From: a virus
Taxonomy: Duplodnaviria; Caudoviricetes
Reading direction: 5' to 3' (one strand)
DNA: 52,172 bases
Virus record (IMG/VR): IMGVR_UViG_3300027734_000102
Location: 1-52,172 of that record
Shown here in pieces: positions 6,926 through 16,108 of this stretch (its first letter is position 1; each line of letters opens with the position of its first letter). The translations under genes and the position numbers were made by a program. The notes beneath the pieces are model-generated. The model saw only the letters and a list, made by a program, of their open reading frames with translations, ran no database searches and had not been told where the DNA came from.

Positions 6926-7810
6926 ATGAGAATGACTGAGACGAGACTTAGACACCTCATTCGCGAGAATCTCATATCTGAGGGCCTCCTGAAGCCGCCA
7001 CCAAAGATGCTGGCAGACATCACCGACTACCTCCAGGGTCGAGCTGCTGGTTGGCTAGCAGATCCTAACAAACAGAAAAACTTTAGACCCGATGACATCT
7101 TTGTCGACCCAGGGGTGATGAAGTTGGCGGCTGGAGATTCGGTGCCCATGCACCCGAAAGCGTGGACAGTCATGAGCGGTGAGATGGTCAATTGGCCAGT
7201 GGACCTCACTGGATTTCCGTACCCAGTGAAGGAAGCCCCAAAAAGCATCCTCCTGTACCTGAACTACAAAGACCCAGTCCCGAACGTGGGTGGATCTTAC
7301 GATCCCGGTCTCTCTGTTCAGATCAGGGACGAGAAGCTGTTCAAGTCGACGGAGGGCTATGACAAGCTGATGTGGCACATTGAAGCTGTCGTTGCACACG
7401 AGCTTGAGCACTTTGTCCAAGATCTCCTGAAGGGAGTATCAGGTGGACTGCCGAGCAGGAAGATAAGGGACGAGCGTTTTGACAAGTACGGCTATCCTGA
7501 GAAGGGGTCCGGCGTCCCAAGGGAAGAGCTCGGCTACGACGGCAGAAAGAAGTACTTCCTTCAGGACACAGAGTTCTATCCGTGGATCCGCTCTGAGGTC
7601 ATGGCATTCGAGAGATTTGCGCGTGGTCTGGGAGAAGAAGAGAGGGAGAGGGTAAGACGCTCCTGGGTGGATCCCAAAGATCCGGAAATCCTTCAAGCAA
7701 AGGCAGACATCCTCGGTGAGGATGAGTCCAAGTTCTTCTCCGCCCTGAAGGACAAGGAGCCACTGAAGTGGCAGAAGGCAGTGAAAGAGTTCTGGAAGTC
7801 GACACAATGA
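6926..7810 (+). CDS. tag-bearing protein with zincin-type HExxH motif
   Basis: N-terminal MRMTETRLRHLIRENLISE; VAHELEH plus downstream E (DTEF). Confidence 0.75.
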   Translation: MRMTETRLRHLIRENLISEGLLKPPPKMLADITDYLQGRAAGWLADPNKQKNFRPDDIFVDPGVMKLAAGDSVPMHPKAWTVMSGEMVNWPVDLTGFPYPVKEAPKSILLYLNYKDPVPNVGGSYDPGLSVQIRDEKLFKSTEGYDKLMWHIEAVVAHELEHFVQDLLKGVSGGLPSRKIRDERFDKYGYPEKGSGVPREELGYDGRKKYFLQDTEFYPWIRSEVMAFERFARGLGEEERERVRRSWVDPKDPEILQAKADILGEDESKFFSALKDKEPLKWQKAVKEFWKSTQ

Positions 7811-8379
7811 AAATTACAGAATCACAGCTACGCAGTCTCATCCGTGAGACCCTCCTCACTGAGGCTGCAATGACACCGGCTTACGCCAGTGAGCTTGGCA
7901 TCAGGTTCCAGATTCGCAAGTTCCCTGACAGCGCCGTCATCTATGCGCGCAAGGAAGGAAGGGACTCGGCAGTGGGAACCCTCTCAGCCTCGCCGACCAA
8001 CGACCCGTGCAGCGATGCGTGGGAGATCGTCTTCTCGCAGGCCAGGATCGACGGCCTCGGTCCACTCATGTACGACCTGATGATCGATGTCATCAGTCCA
8101 CACCCGCTGATGTCCGACAGGATAGAGGTCTCCGATGCTGCCAAGCGGGTGTGGGACTACTACCGCGACCGAAGGGATGACATCGAGAAGCTACAGATGG
8201 ACGACGAGATCAACACCCTCACCCCTGAGCCAGATGACAACTGCTATCAGAAGAGCGCCAAGCTGTGGGACAAGCGCAATTGGGCCAGCTCCTCGTTGTC
8301 GAAAGCCTACAGGCGGAAGGGTGGTGGAAGGCCAACCTTAGACGAGCTGGTGAGGCTCGGCCTCGTGGACTCATACTGA
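7807..8379 (+). CDS. tag-bearing GNAT-like protein (family A)
   Basis: MKITESQLRSLIRETLLTE; GLGPLMYD...LMSDR..VS..AK.VWDYY resembles a GNAT acetyl-CoA loop and following helix. Confidence 0.7.
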   Translation: MKITESQLRSLIRETLLTEAAMTPAYASELGIRFQIRKFPDSAVIYARKEGRDSAVGTLSASPTNDPCSDAWEIVFSQARIDGLGPLMYDLMIDVISPHPLMSDRIEVSDAAKRVWDYYRDRRDDIEKLQMDDEINTLTPEPDDNCYQKSAKLWDKRNWASSSLSKAYRRKGGGRPTLDELVRLGLVDSY

Positions 8380-8389
8380 AGAAGGAAAC

Positions 8390-9259
8390 ATGAGAATCAC
8401 AGAATCACAGCTTCGCAGAATCATCAGGGAAGAGCTATTGTCGGAGAAAACCTTGGGCCAGGTCACCGACATCCGTCCAGTGCCAATCGACCCAGCTGAC
8501 GATGAGATGATGATAGGTAACTTCACTTTCTCACCCGGTAGAAAGGACGTCACAACACGTCGTCGCGACATCAAGCGCTCTTGGAACCAGAACGCTGATC
8601 ACAGATTCTTCCAGGATCCGAACAAGATCCTTGTCATCCACACATTGGGCCTGGTCTCAGGCCGGGTGAAGCTGGGAAACTATTTCCCGCCCGAGGATAT
8701 CAATCCCAAGCTTTTCGAAGCTGCTGTGAAAGCTGGTCTCGTTGAAAACGATCCTGAGAAGAGGGGCGAATTTATCTCAGGCGGAAACCTGTTCAAGAGT
8801 ATTGCGCCCAGGATTCCGAAGGATCTCATACAAATCCCAGGCATCCAGATCCCGAACAGAAATGAGCTCTCCTGCGAGGCGATGCCCCGGGGCAACGATC
8901 CGGAGCTGAAGTATCTGGAGTGGAGTGTCTTCGCAAAGGGAGTAAGACGAGGTCGCAACCGGCGAAATCAAGCATTCTTCACCTTCAAGAAGTACAGGAT
9001 GACATGGGCCTCTCAGGATGACTCACACACAGAGCACCTGAACATGGCGACACCAGAGGATCTCAAGTTCTATGCGAGCTCAGGCCTGCCCAAACGCCCT
9101 GCGGCATACCTGCGCGTAGATCAAGCGCCGATCGATGAGGAGGATTCCCAGTTTCTAGGTGAGGTGGTAATCGACAACTGGATAGTCGATACCTACTACG
9201 GACCCAAGGAAGATGCTGGGCTCGCTGGGATCCTGGGGCTGAAATTCGAGATCCTGTGA
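8390..9259 (+). CDS. tag-bearing protein (family B, possible ART-fold)
   Basis: MRITESQLRRIIREELLSE; WNQNADHRFF, IH, NELSC, SSGLPKRP, EVVIDNW shared with six paralogs. Confidence 0.75.
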   Translation: MRITESQLRRIIREELLSEKTLGQVTDIRPVPIDPADDEMMIGNFTFSPGRKDVTTRRRDIKRSWNQNADHRFFQDPNKILVIHTLGLVSGRVKLGNYFPPEDINPKLFEAAVKAGLVENDPEKRGEFISGGNLFKSIAPRIPKDLIQIPGIQIPNRNELSCEAMPRGNDPELKYLEWSVFAKGVRRGRNRRNQAFFTFKKYRMTWASQDDSHTEHLNMATPEDLKFYASSGLPKRPAAYLRVDQAPIDEEDSQFLGEVVIDNWIVDTYYGPKEDAGLAGILGLKFEIL

Positions 9260-9417
9260 TGAAGTGATATTATAAGTTTCCACCTTGGAATCACGATGAC
9301 ATTAGTGGAACCTCGTGATACTCAGGAATAACTGACCTCAGGCGATTAGGATATACCTTACCATGGACCATGGTCCAACAGGGAACAACTGGTGAATAGA
9401 TATACGCAGGAGCGCAT

Positions 9418-10095
9418 GTGAGAATTACAGAGTCACAACTTCGCAGAATCATCCGTGAGACGCTCCTCACGGAGGCCGCAATAGCTCCTGATAGATTGCC
9501 ACTTGGAAAGTATGCGTTCTCTCCCCAGCGCCAGGCGGCCAAGAAGCGTCCTCCGATGGAGAGGAACACACCTGTTGAGTCAGCCCTCCTCAGATCCATC
9601 ATCAACCACTTTGAGGGAATGAGACCCCTCACACGGAAACAGGCAGAGATGGTGACGGGTTTCATCAGGGACGGACTCTATCCAGATGTCTTCAAGGAGG
9701 CTCCGCCTGGGACTTACTATCGGGGAATGTCACTTACGCTAGATGAGCTCGAGAGGATGGGAGTCGACATCACGGAGCTGGACCCTGAGGGCGGGAAGCA
9801 GGAACTGCGGGGTAAATTTGTGATCGCTCCCATAGACGACAGGTTCTCCTCCTCTTGGTCTTCCGACATAGAGGTCGCTGACGGTTTCTCATTGGGCCGT
9901 CGTAGTCAGAGAGAACACAACACCTACTCGGTCATCTTTGCAGCGAGTTCGAGGGAGAATCTTGGGAAGTTTCTCGATGCCGAGGGCCTGTACGATATCG
10001 AGGTGGACGAGTTCACCTTCTTCGCGCAGGAGAAGGAAGTCATCGGCCTCGGGGACATCAATGCAAATTGGATCAGACTTGTGAGGCTTGCATGA
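9418..10095 (+). CDS. tag-bearing putative R-S-E class ADP-ribosyltransferase
   Basis: GTG start after GGAG, MRITESQLRRIIRETLLTE; YYRGM, FSSSWS and QEKEVIG motifs. Confidence 0.65.
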   Translation: MRITESQLRRIIRETLLTEAAIAPDRLPLGKYAFSPQRQAAKKRPPMERNTPVESALLRSIINHFEGMRPLTRKQAEMVTGFIRDGLYPDVFKEAPPGTYYRGMSLTLDELERMGVDITELDPEGGKQELRGKFVIAPIDDRFSSSWSSDIEVADGFSLGRRSQREHNTYSVIFAASSRENLGKFLDAEGLYDIEVDEFTFFAQEKEVIGLGDINANWIRLVRLA

Positions 10096-10673
10096 GAATC
10101 AAAGAATCCACACTTCGCAAGCTCATCCGTGAGACGCTCCTCACAGAGGCGATGGTCACACCCGAGTCAGCCCTTGACATGGGTCTCAGGTTCGAAGCGT
10201 ACAATGACTTCGGTGCCGTGATGGAAATCTCTGCATACAGGGGCGACGAATTCGTCGGCGAGCTAGCCGCGTCAAAGCAAGATGACTGTTCTGGCGCTTG
10301 GTCAATCTTCAGGTCTCAGGTTAAATACAACGGTCTAGGACCTCTCATGTACGACCTCATGATGGACCTCATCAACCCCCATCCCCTGATGTCAGACCGC
10401 GAAGAGGTCTCTGGAGATGCAAAGGCGGTGTGGGACTATTACTTCAAGCGCAGGAATGACATCGAATCCGTGCAGCTCGACAACCGCAGGAACTTCCTCA
10501 CCCAGGACCCCAGCGACAACTGCGACCAAACTGCTGCGCGGGATTGGGCTGAGGACGAAGGCGGCAAGTGGTACGAGTCCTCTCTGTCAAAGGGCTATCG
10601 GAGGAAGGATGGCAACACGCCGACTCTTGATGCCATGCGAAGGCTGGGAATGATATCTGAGGGCGGTGGGTAA
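10092..10673 (+). CDS. tag-bearing GNAT-like protein (family A)
   Basis: MRIKESTLRKLIRETLLTE; close paralog of 7807..8379. Confidence 0.75.
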   Translation: MRIKESTLRKLIRETLLTEAMVTPESALDMGLRFEAYNDFGAVMEISAYRGDEFVGELAASKQDDCSGAWSIFRSQVKYNGLGPLMYDLMMDLINPHPLMSDREEVSGDAKAVWDYYFKRRNDIESVQLDNRRNFLTQDPSDNCDQTAARDWAEDEGGKWYESSLSKGYRRKDGNTPTLDAMRRLGMISEGGG

Positions 10674-10739
10674 ATAATTCCAAAGATCCGTGTACACGGT
10701 CAGGCCCTGGATAGATTAGTCATATCCGAAAGGACAAAC

Positions 10740-10814
10740 GCCCGAATAGCTCAGGGGTAGAGCCCCCTCTTTGTAAGTGGGAGGTCGTCGGTTCAAATCC
10801 GACTTCGGGCTCCA
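10740..10814 (+). tRNA. tRNA-Thr(TGT)
   Basis: GCCCGAA/TTCGGGC acceptor, TT TGT AA loop, CCA. Confidence 0.9.
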
Positions 10815-10820
10815 TTCAAT

Positions 10821-10907
10821 GGAGGGTTGGCAGAGTGGTCGATTGCGTCGGTCTTGAAAACCGAAGTCCCTAAAGGACCGTGGGTTCGAACCCCACACCC
10901 TCCTCCA
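10821..10907 (+). tRNA. tRNA-Ser(TGA)
   Basis: GGAGGGT/ACCCTCC acceptor, TCGGT-CT TGA AA-ACCGA, long variable arm, CCA. Confidence 0.92.
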
Positions 10908-10949
10908 AATCTTGATACAAGAGCCGTTCTGTGGTGTATGATAAGCATC

Positions 10950-11618
10950 ATGGAACGGTTCTTTCTTGTCTATAAGACAACAAATAAGATCAAAGGCGAG
11001 TACTACATTGGTGTTCATGTCACTGATGATCTTGAAGACGGATATCTCGGTTCGGGAAAGCGCCTGATTTACTCTTTGAGTAAATACGGAAGAGATGCGT
11101 TTGAAAGAGAAATTCTCGCGACATTTAATAATCCCGACGAGATGTTCCAGAAAGAGGCTGAGCTAGTCAATGAAGAGACTCTTAAGGATCCACTCTGCCT
11201 AAATCTCAAAGTGGGAGGACATGGCGGCTGGTTGTTGAAAGATAAATCTGCTCTCTACACAGCTGAAAGTCAGGCTATTCGTTCTCCCTATGGCAAGAAA
11301 GAGTGGCGGGAAAAGAACGCTGAGAAGATTAGAGAGTGGACAGCAAAAGGGCTTTCTAGCGCTAGACAAAAGCTTTATGAGATGAAGAAGTCAGGATATA
11401 AACCAGTAGGCATGCTTGGTAAGCATCATACTGAGGAACATAAGAATCATATGAGCCAAGTTATGTCCGTCGCCCAGGCTGGTGAGAGGAACTCCCAGTA
11501 CGGAAAGTGCTGGATCTATTCTACCACTGAGAGACAAAGCAAGAGGGTCATGAAGGAAGACGTACAAGGCTGGCTAGACAAGGGATGGAGTCTCGGAAGA
11601 AAGATGAAGTTTGACTGA
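10950..11618 (+). CDS. Seg-like GIY-YIG homing endonuclease with NUMOD3-type repeat
   Basis: LVYKTTNKIKGEYYIGVH...YLGSG...E; GKHHTEE and GERNSQYG DNA-binding motifs; between tRNA genes. Confidence 0.85.
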   Translation: MERFFLVYKTTNKIKGEYYIGVHVTDDLEDGYLGSGKRLIYSLSKYGRDAFEREILATFNNPDEMFQKEAELVNEETLKDPLCLNLKVGGHGGWLLKDKSALYTAESQAIRSPYGKKEWREKNAEKIREWTAKGLSSARQKLYEMKKSGYKPVGMLGKHHTEEHKNHMSQVMSVAQAGERNSQYGKCWIYSTTERQSKRVMKEDVQGWLDKGWSLGRKMKFD

Positions 11619-11652
11619 AACATCTCTGAAGCTTTGTTATATTAACATTCAT

Positions 11653-11726
11653 GGGGCGATAAGCTAGTGGGAAACTGGAGCCTTTGCAAGGCTCACTCCC
11701 GGGTTCAACTCCCGGTCGCTCCACCA
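11653..11726 (+). tRNA. tRNA-Ala(TGC)
   Basis: GGGGCGA/TCGCTCC acceptor with G3:U70, GAGCC-TT TGC AA-GGCTC, CCA. Confidence 0.9.
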
Positions 11727-11729
11727 CAT

Positions 11730-11803
11730 TGGGGATTTGTGTAACGGTAGCACCACAGACTCTGACTCTGTTTGTCGAGGTTCGAATCCTTGATCCCCAG
11801 CCA
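11730..11803 (+). tRNA. tRNA-Gln(CTG)
   Basis: TGGGGAT/ATCCCCA acceptor, ACAGA-CT CTG AC-TCTGT, CCA. Confidence 0.92.
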
Positions 11804-11831
11804 AATAGCGCTGTGCAGAATAGTTAGGTGT

Positions 11832-12359
11832 ATGAGCACCTACAAGATAGACCCCCTCCACAGCGAAATCGAGTTCAAGATTAAGCACCTCATGATCTCC
11901 ACCGTCAATGGGAGATTTGGGGTGTTTGACGCATCCATGGAGTCCAGCAAGCCTGACTTCACTGACGCAAAGATCACGTTCGAGTGCGATGTCGACTCGA
12001 TCAACACTGGCGTCGCCGACCGCGATGCCCACCTCCGGACCGCCGACTTCTTCGACACCGCGAAGTGGCCAAAGATCAGGTTCGCCTCCACGGGCATCAA
12101 GCACAAGGGCGGTCAGAGCTATGACCTCATGGGCGACTTCACGATCCGCGATGTCACCAAGCCGATCACGCTGAACTGCGTCTTTGGTGGTTCTGATGTC
12201 GACGCCTACGGTCAGTCGAAGTACGGCTTTGACCTGACGGGCGCCGTGAAGAGGGCTGACTACGGTCTTGTGTTCCAGGCCTACGGTGGGGCTGGATCTG
12301 CGATGGTGGGCGATGAGGTGAAGCTCTTCGTCTCCGTCCAGATGACGAAGGTAAGTTGA
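11832..12359 (+). CDS. YceI-family polyisoprenoid-binding protein
   Basis: YKIDPLHSEIEFKIKHLMISTVNGRF...SINTGVADRDAHLRTADFFD...GDFTIRDVTKPI. Confidence 0.92.
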   Translation: MSTYKIDPLHSEIEFKIKHLMISTVNGRFGVFDASMESSKPDFTDAKITFECDVDSINTGVADRDAHLRTADFFDTAKWPKIRFASTGIKHKGGQSYDLMGDFTIRDVTKPITLNCVFGGSDVDAYGQSKYGFDLTGAVKRADYGLVFQAYGGAGSAMVGDEVKLFVSVQMTKVS

Positions 12360-13246
12360 GCAAGCTCTCACTGAAGAGCCGGATCTGCATCGCCGTCGAT
12401 GGCATGCTGCTCACGTACTTCTTTGTCGCCAAGGCGCTGATCGCGCTGAATATCGTTGGCCACTCCCAGCCTACTGAGCTCATAGACTTCCTGGTCATGA
12501 TCGCGCTCATCCCGCCGACGCGCACCTTCGTCAAGGAGTACATCGAGGTCCGCGAGCGGGAACACAATGAGGTGCTCTCGGACATCCAGGGCAAGAACGC
12601 CTATCTCGAGCACGCCGCGAAGATCCTCAGGCACGACATGCACAGCGGGATCAACACCTACATTCCCCGTGGGATCTCCTCACTCGAGCGCCGGCTCTCC
12701 CCAGAGGTCATCAAGGAGCTGAAGCTCGAGGCGCCGCTGAAGATGCTCAAGGAGGGACTCACCCACACCCAGAAGGTCTACTGGGGAGTCTACGAGTTCA
12801 CGAACCTCGTGAAGCAGGGCGCGAAGCTCAACATGGAAGAGCACGAACTCGGCGCCATACTCACGAGCTACCTGTCGTCGACCGCCTACAAGGACCAGGT
12901 CGTGATCGACCGGCTCCCGAAGGTGATGGTGAACGAACCCCTGTTCTGCACCGCGATCGACAACCTGATCCGCAACGGGCTCAAGTACAACGACAGTGAG
13001 TTCAAGATGGTCGCAGTCTCAATGCTGGACGACGCAACGCTCGGAATCATCGACAACGGTCGTGGTATGTCGCAGGAGGACTTTGAGAAATACTCCAAGC
13101 CGTACACCAGGAAGGAGGGTCAGAAAGAGAAGGGCACGGGACTCGGTCTCAACATCTGCATTGCGATCCTCCGCGAGCACGGATTTGCCATCACCTGCCA
13201 GAAGCAGGAAGAGGGCGGCACACTCATAAGGATAAAAGTAAGATGA
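12356..13246 (+). CDS. membrane sensor histidine kinase
   Basis: N-terminal hydrophobic segments; H-box RHDMHS, N-box NLIRNGLKY, G1 DNGRGM, G2 GTGLGL. Confidence 0.9.
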   Translation: MSKLSLKSRICIAVDGMLLTYFFVAKALIALNIVGHSQPTELIDFLVMIALIPPTRTFVKEYIEVREREHNEVLSDIQGKNAYLEHAAKILRHDMHSGINTYIPRGISSLERRLSPEVIKELKLEAPLKMLKEGLTHTQKVYWGVYEFTNLVKQGAKLNMEEHELGAILTSYLSSTAYKDQVVIDRLPKVMVNEPLFCTAIDNLIRNGLKYNDSEFKMVAVSMLDDATLGIIDNGRGMSQEDFEKYSKPYTRKEGQKEKGTGLGLNICIAILREHGFAITCQKQEEGGTLIRIKVR

Positions 13247-13677
13247 TGATCAACTCGATACTTCTCGTGGACGATGAGAACCTCTTTCACCTCGTGTTCG
13301 AGGACGCATGTTCACTCCTCGACATCGCGCTCCACCTGCAGGCGATAGACTCGGCTGATAAGGCAGACCACCTGTTCAGGGAGTGGAGCAAGGATCCCAC
13401 CGCCCGTCCCGACTGCGTGTTTGTGGATCTCAACATCGTGGGCTCATCTTTCGACGGTATCGAGCTCATCCGCAAGATCAACAATGAGCACGGGAACGGC
13501 TGCGTCACGGGCATCATCTCGTCATCTGCCGACAAGGCAGAGATCGCAAAGGCACAGTCAGCCGGCGCCCAGTTCTGGATCGTCAAGAGCGATGAGATTG
13601 AGCCCAGGCTCGAGGCCTTCAAGAGTGACTACCTCGGCTACAAGAGCAAGAAGGGGTCGTTCAAGGTCTACGCATGA
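13243..13677 (+). CDS. single-domain response regulator (receiver)
   Basis: ILLVDDE, VFVDLNI, DGIELI, SSS, IVK. Confidence 0.9.
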   Translation: MMINSILLVDDENLFHLVFEDACSLLDIALHLQAIDSADKADHLFREWSKDPTARPDCVFVDLNIVGSSFDGIELIRKINNEHGNGCVTGIISSSADKAEIAKAQSAGAQFWIVKSDEIEPRLEAFKSDYLGYKSKKGSFKVYA

Positions 13678-14246
13678 TCAAGCTCGATCCCGCAGCGAGA
13701 AGGGCACTGCTGGATCTGAGCCACAAGAGCAGGCTATACCTCGAGGGCAACATACTCAAGGTGATCGATCCTGATGGCGATGAGGAGTTCTCGCAGTACC
13801 TCAAAGATGCGATCGAGCTCGACAAGTCTAACCGCAGGAAGCGGCTCGAAGTCACAAAGCAGATCCAGTCCCAGAACAAGGACCTCACCGCCGCGCAGGA
13901 AGAGAACAGCAAGCTGATGGGAGACCTCCAGCGGGCGCTCACGGAAGCGGAAGCGGCAACTAGATCTGCCGAGCAGGCCAGGAACACCGCCGAGGGTGAC
14001 CTCGACCTCCTGCAGAAGCGCACGCAGTTCCAGCTTGTCGGCACCATCGTCAAGGTCGCTCTCTGGGTCATCATGGGCGTCGGTGTCACGACCACGCTCC
14101 TCTACTCCCTCGCGCTCGTCAAGGGGCTTGACACCACGCTGCTGGGCTCCACGTGGTCCAACATGTTCTCAATCCTGCTCACAAACTCGTTCAGCATCAT
14201 CGGCACGATCATGGGTGTCAAGTACGCGACGGAGAAGGGCGAGTGA
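13674..14246 (+). CDS. coiled-coil protein with two C-terminal TM helices
   Basis: Heptad-rich centre, two hydrophobic segments; coupled to the receiver gene. Confidence 0.75.
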   Translation: MIKLDPAARRALLDLSHKSRLYLEGNILKVIDPDGDEEFSQYLKDAIELDKSNRRKRLEVTKQIQSQNKDLTAAQEENSKLMGDLQRALTEAEAATRSAEQARNTAEGDLDLLQKRTQFQLVGTIVKVALWVIMGVGVTTTLLYSLALVKGLDTTLLGSTWSNMFSILLTNSFSIIGTIMGVKYATEKGE

Positions 14247-14247
14247 G

Positions 14248-14276
14248 TTGTACAGCAACACAAGCTTGGCTACAGT
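14248..14276 (+). promoter_or_regulatory. promoter-like TTGTAC-N17-TACAGT
   Basis: Same -35 hexamer and spacing as at 18164 and 51424. Confidence 0.45.
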
Positions 14277-14357
14277 ACAGAGAAGTCCCCCGATCAGGGA
14301 TCGAAGACACGGGTATCCTGACAGCAATCCCGTCCAAATCGTAGGTTGGCACAGTTC

Positions 14358-14397
14358 GCGGCTCTGGGGGTGTTCCAAAAGCCGCTTTTATTTTTTG
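14358..14397 (+). terminator. GC hairpin with T-tract
   Basis: GCGGCT...AGCCGC followed by TTTTATTTTTT. Confidence 0.45.
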
Positions 14398-14447
14398 CGG
14401 AGGGTGTCCAAACCTCTCAAATGAATTAAAGGATCACAGGAGATCAA

Positions 14448-15017
14448 ATGTCCACTATCCTCCGAAAGGCGATCCGTGAAGTCCTGGTCAACGACATGCG
14501 CCCGAAGCTCTACGTCCTGGTGGGACCGCCTGCCATCGGCAAGTCCACCTGGGTCCGGCTCAACGTCCCTGGCGCCTACCTCATCAACCGCGACGACCTC
14601 GTGGACGATGTCCGAGTTCCACTCGGCCTGAAGTACGACCAGATGTTCCGCCCCGAGAACCGCCGGCACCAGTCGGAGGTCGACCGGCTCCACCGTGAGA
14701 ACATCGCCGGCGCGGTGGCCTCTGGAAAGGACATCGTGGTCGACATGACGAACATGGGTGTCAGCTCCCGACGCAATGCGCTCCGAGTGATCCAGGGTCA
14801 CGAGGCTGAGTACGAGAAGATCGCCGTCTTCTTCGACCACCGTGGCAAGGAGAGCCTCGTCCGTGACAATCTCAGGCGGCGCGCTGAGAAGCTGGGTGAC
14901 AAAAACATTCCCTACGACGTGATGACCGGAATGTTCGACCGCTTCGAGATCCCCACCGAGGCGGAGGGGTTCGACCGGGTGATCTCGGCGGACACAACGA
15001 AGGCGATCGGCGCCTGA
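14448..15017 (+). CDS. P-loop kinase (polynucleotide-kinase/AAA_33-like), tag-bearing
   Basis: LVGPPAIGKSTW, INRDD, VVDMTN...RR, RRR lid; N-terminal ILRKAIREVL. Confidence 0.8.
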   Translation: MSTILRKAIREVLVNDMRPKLYVLVGPPAIGKSTWVRLNVPGAYLINRDDLVDDVRVPLGLKYDQMFRPENRRHQSEVDRLHRENIAGAVASGKDIVVDMTNMGVSSRRNALRVIQGHEAEYEKIAVFFDHRGKESLVRDNLRRRAEKLGDKNIPYDVMTGMFDRFEIPTEAEGFDRVISADTTKAIGA

Positions 15018-15053
15018 TCGATACATTCCAGGACCTATACATAAGAGTATATC

Positions 15054-15653
15054 ATGGACGTCAGCACCTCAATGAGGAACCCGGTCAAGAAGCTCAGGGT
15101 GTTTGACTTCGATGACACCCTCGTAAGGACGAACTCCTTCGTCCGGCTCCGGAAGCCGGGTGGCGATCAGGTCCACATGACGCCGGCACAGTACGCAGTG
15201 TACAGCCCGATGCCAGAAGACGACCTCGACTTCGAGGACTTCAAGACGCTCAAGGACCCGACCGAGATCTCCTGGACGCTCAACATCCTGCGCTCGGTCG
15301 TCAGGAGCGGCGGTGACGCGATCATCCTCACCGCACGAGGTGACGAGGCGAAGCCGCACATCGAGGAATTCCTGCGCGCGGTGGGTGTGCCGGGAATCGA
15401 GGTCGTGACGCTCGGGGACAGCAACCCCATGATGAAGGCAGCGCACATTGCTGCGCGGATTGAGGAGTTCGGCTACAACTTTGTCGAGTTCTTCGATGAC
15501 AGTGAGAAGAACATCAGGGCGGTCGAGCGCATGGTCGCACAGCGGTACCCCGACGTCAAGGTCCGCACCCGGCACGTGGTGCACCACGCCCGAAATCGTG
15601 GAAGTGTCACTGAGTCCCGCCTCCGGCAGATAATCAGGAATTCTCTTCTCTGA
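15054..15653 (+). CDS. HAD-family phosphatase (PNK-phosphatase-like) with C-terminal tag
   Basis: VFDFDDTL, ILTARG, K, FFDDSEKNI; ends VTESRLRQIIRNSLL. Confidence 0.8.
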   Translation: MDVSTSMRNPVKKLRVFDFDDTLVRTNSFVRLRKPGGDQVHMTPAQYAVYSPMPEDDLDFEDFKTLKDPTEISWTLNILRSVVRSGGDAIILTARGDEAKPHIEEFLRAVGVPGIEVVTLGDSNPMMKAAHIAARIEEFGYNFVEFFDDSEKNIRAVERMVAQRYPDVKVRTRHVVHHARNRGSVTESRLRQIIRNSLL

Positions 15654-15697
15654 CGTTATAATTAAGTCTCGTAGCCCGCCTACAGGAGAATAAAATC

Positions 15698-16108
15698 ATG
15701 GCAATCCGTCTTACAGAATCCCGCCTCCGTCAGATCATCCGTGAAGAGGCTTCCCGCCTCCGTGAAGGCATTTGGCCTCCTGGCCCCCGCCAGATGCCAA
15801 AGCCCAGGAAGCTCCTCACCTACTCTTGGATAATGGCTTGTGGTGAAAACGAGCTGCCTCAGATCAAGTCGCTGGCGGCTGAGTCTGGCTGCAACGTTGT
15901 CTCTGCGGAGCCAACCGGAGAGATGCGCGAGGCGTTCGATGAAGATGGATATGAAACTGGCGAGACCCCAGAGATGGAGCTCGAAGTTCATGGCACCCTG
16001 CCTCAGCTCAGGAAGTTCTACTACGCATCGTCAGAGCTCATGGATGGCAGCGCTCAGAGCATCGAGTCTTTCGATGCTCGAGATCTTGGAATCATGCCGG
16101 TCCGCTGA
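15698..16108 (+). CDS. tag-bearing hypothetical protein
   Basis: AGGAG RBS; MAIRLTESRLRQIIREEASRLRE. Confidence 0.8.
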   Translation: MAIRLTESRLRQIIREEASRLREGIWPPGPRQMPKPRKLLTYSWIMACGENELPQIKSLAAESGCNVVSAEPTGEMREAFDEDGYETGETPEMELEVHGTLPQLRKFYYASSELMDGSAQSIESFDARDLGIMPVR

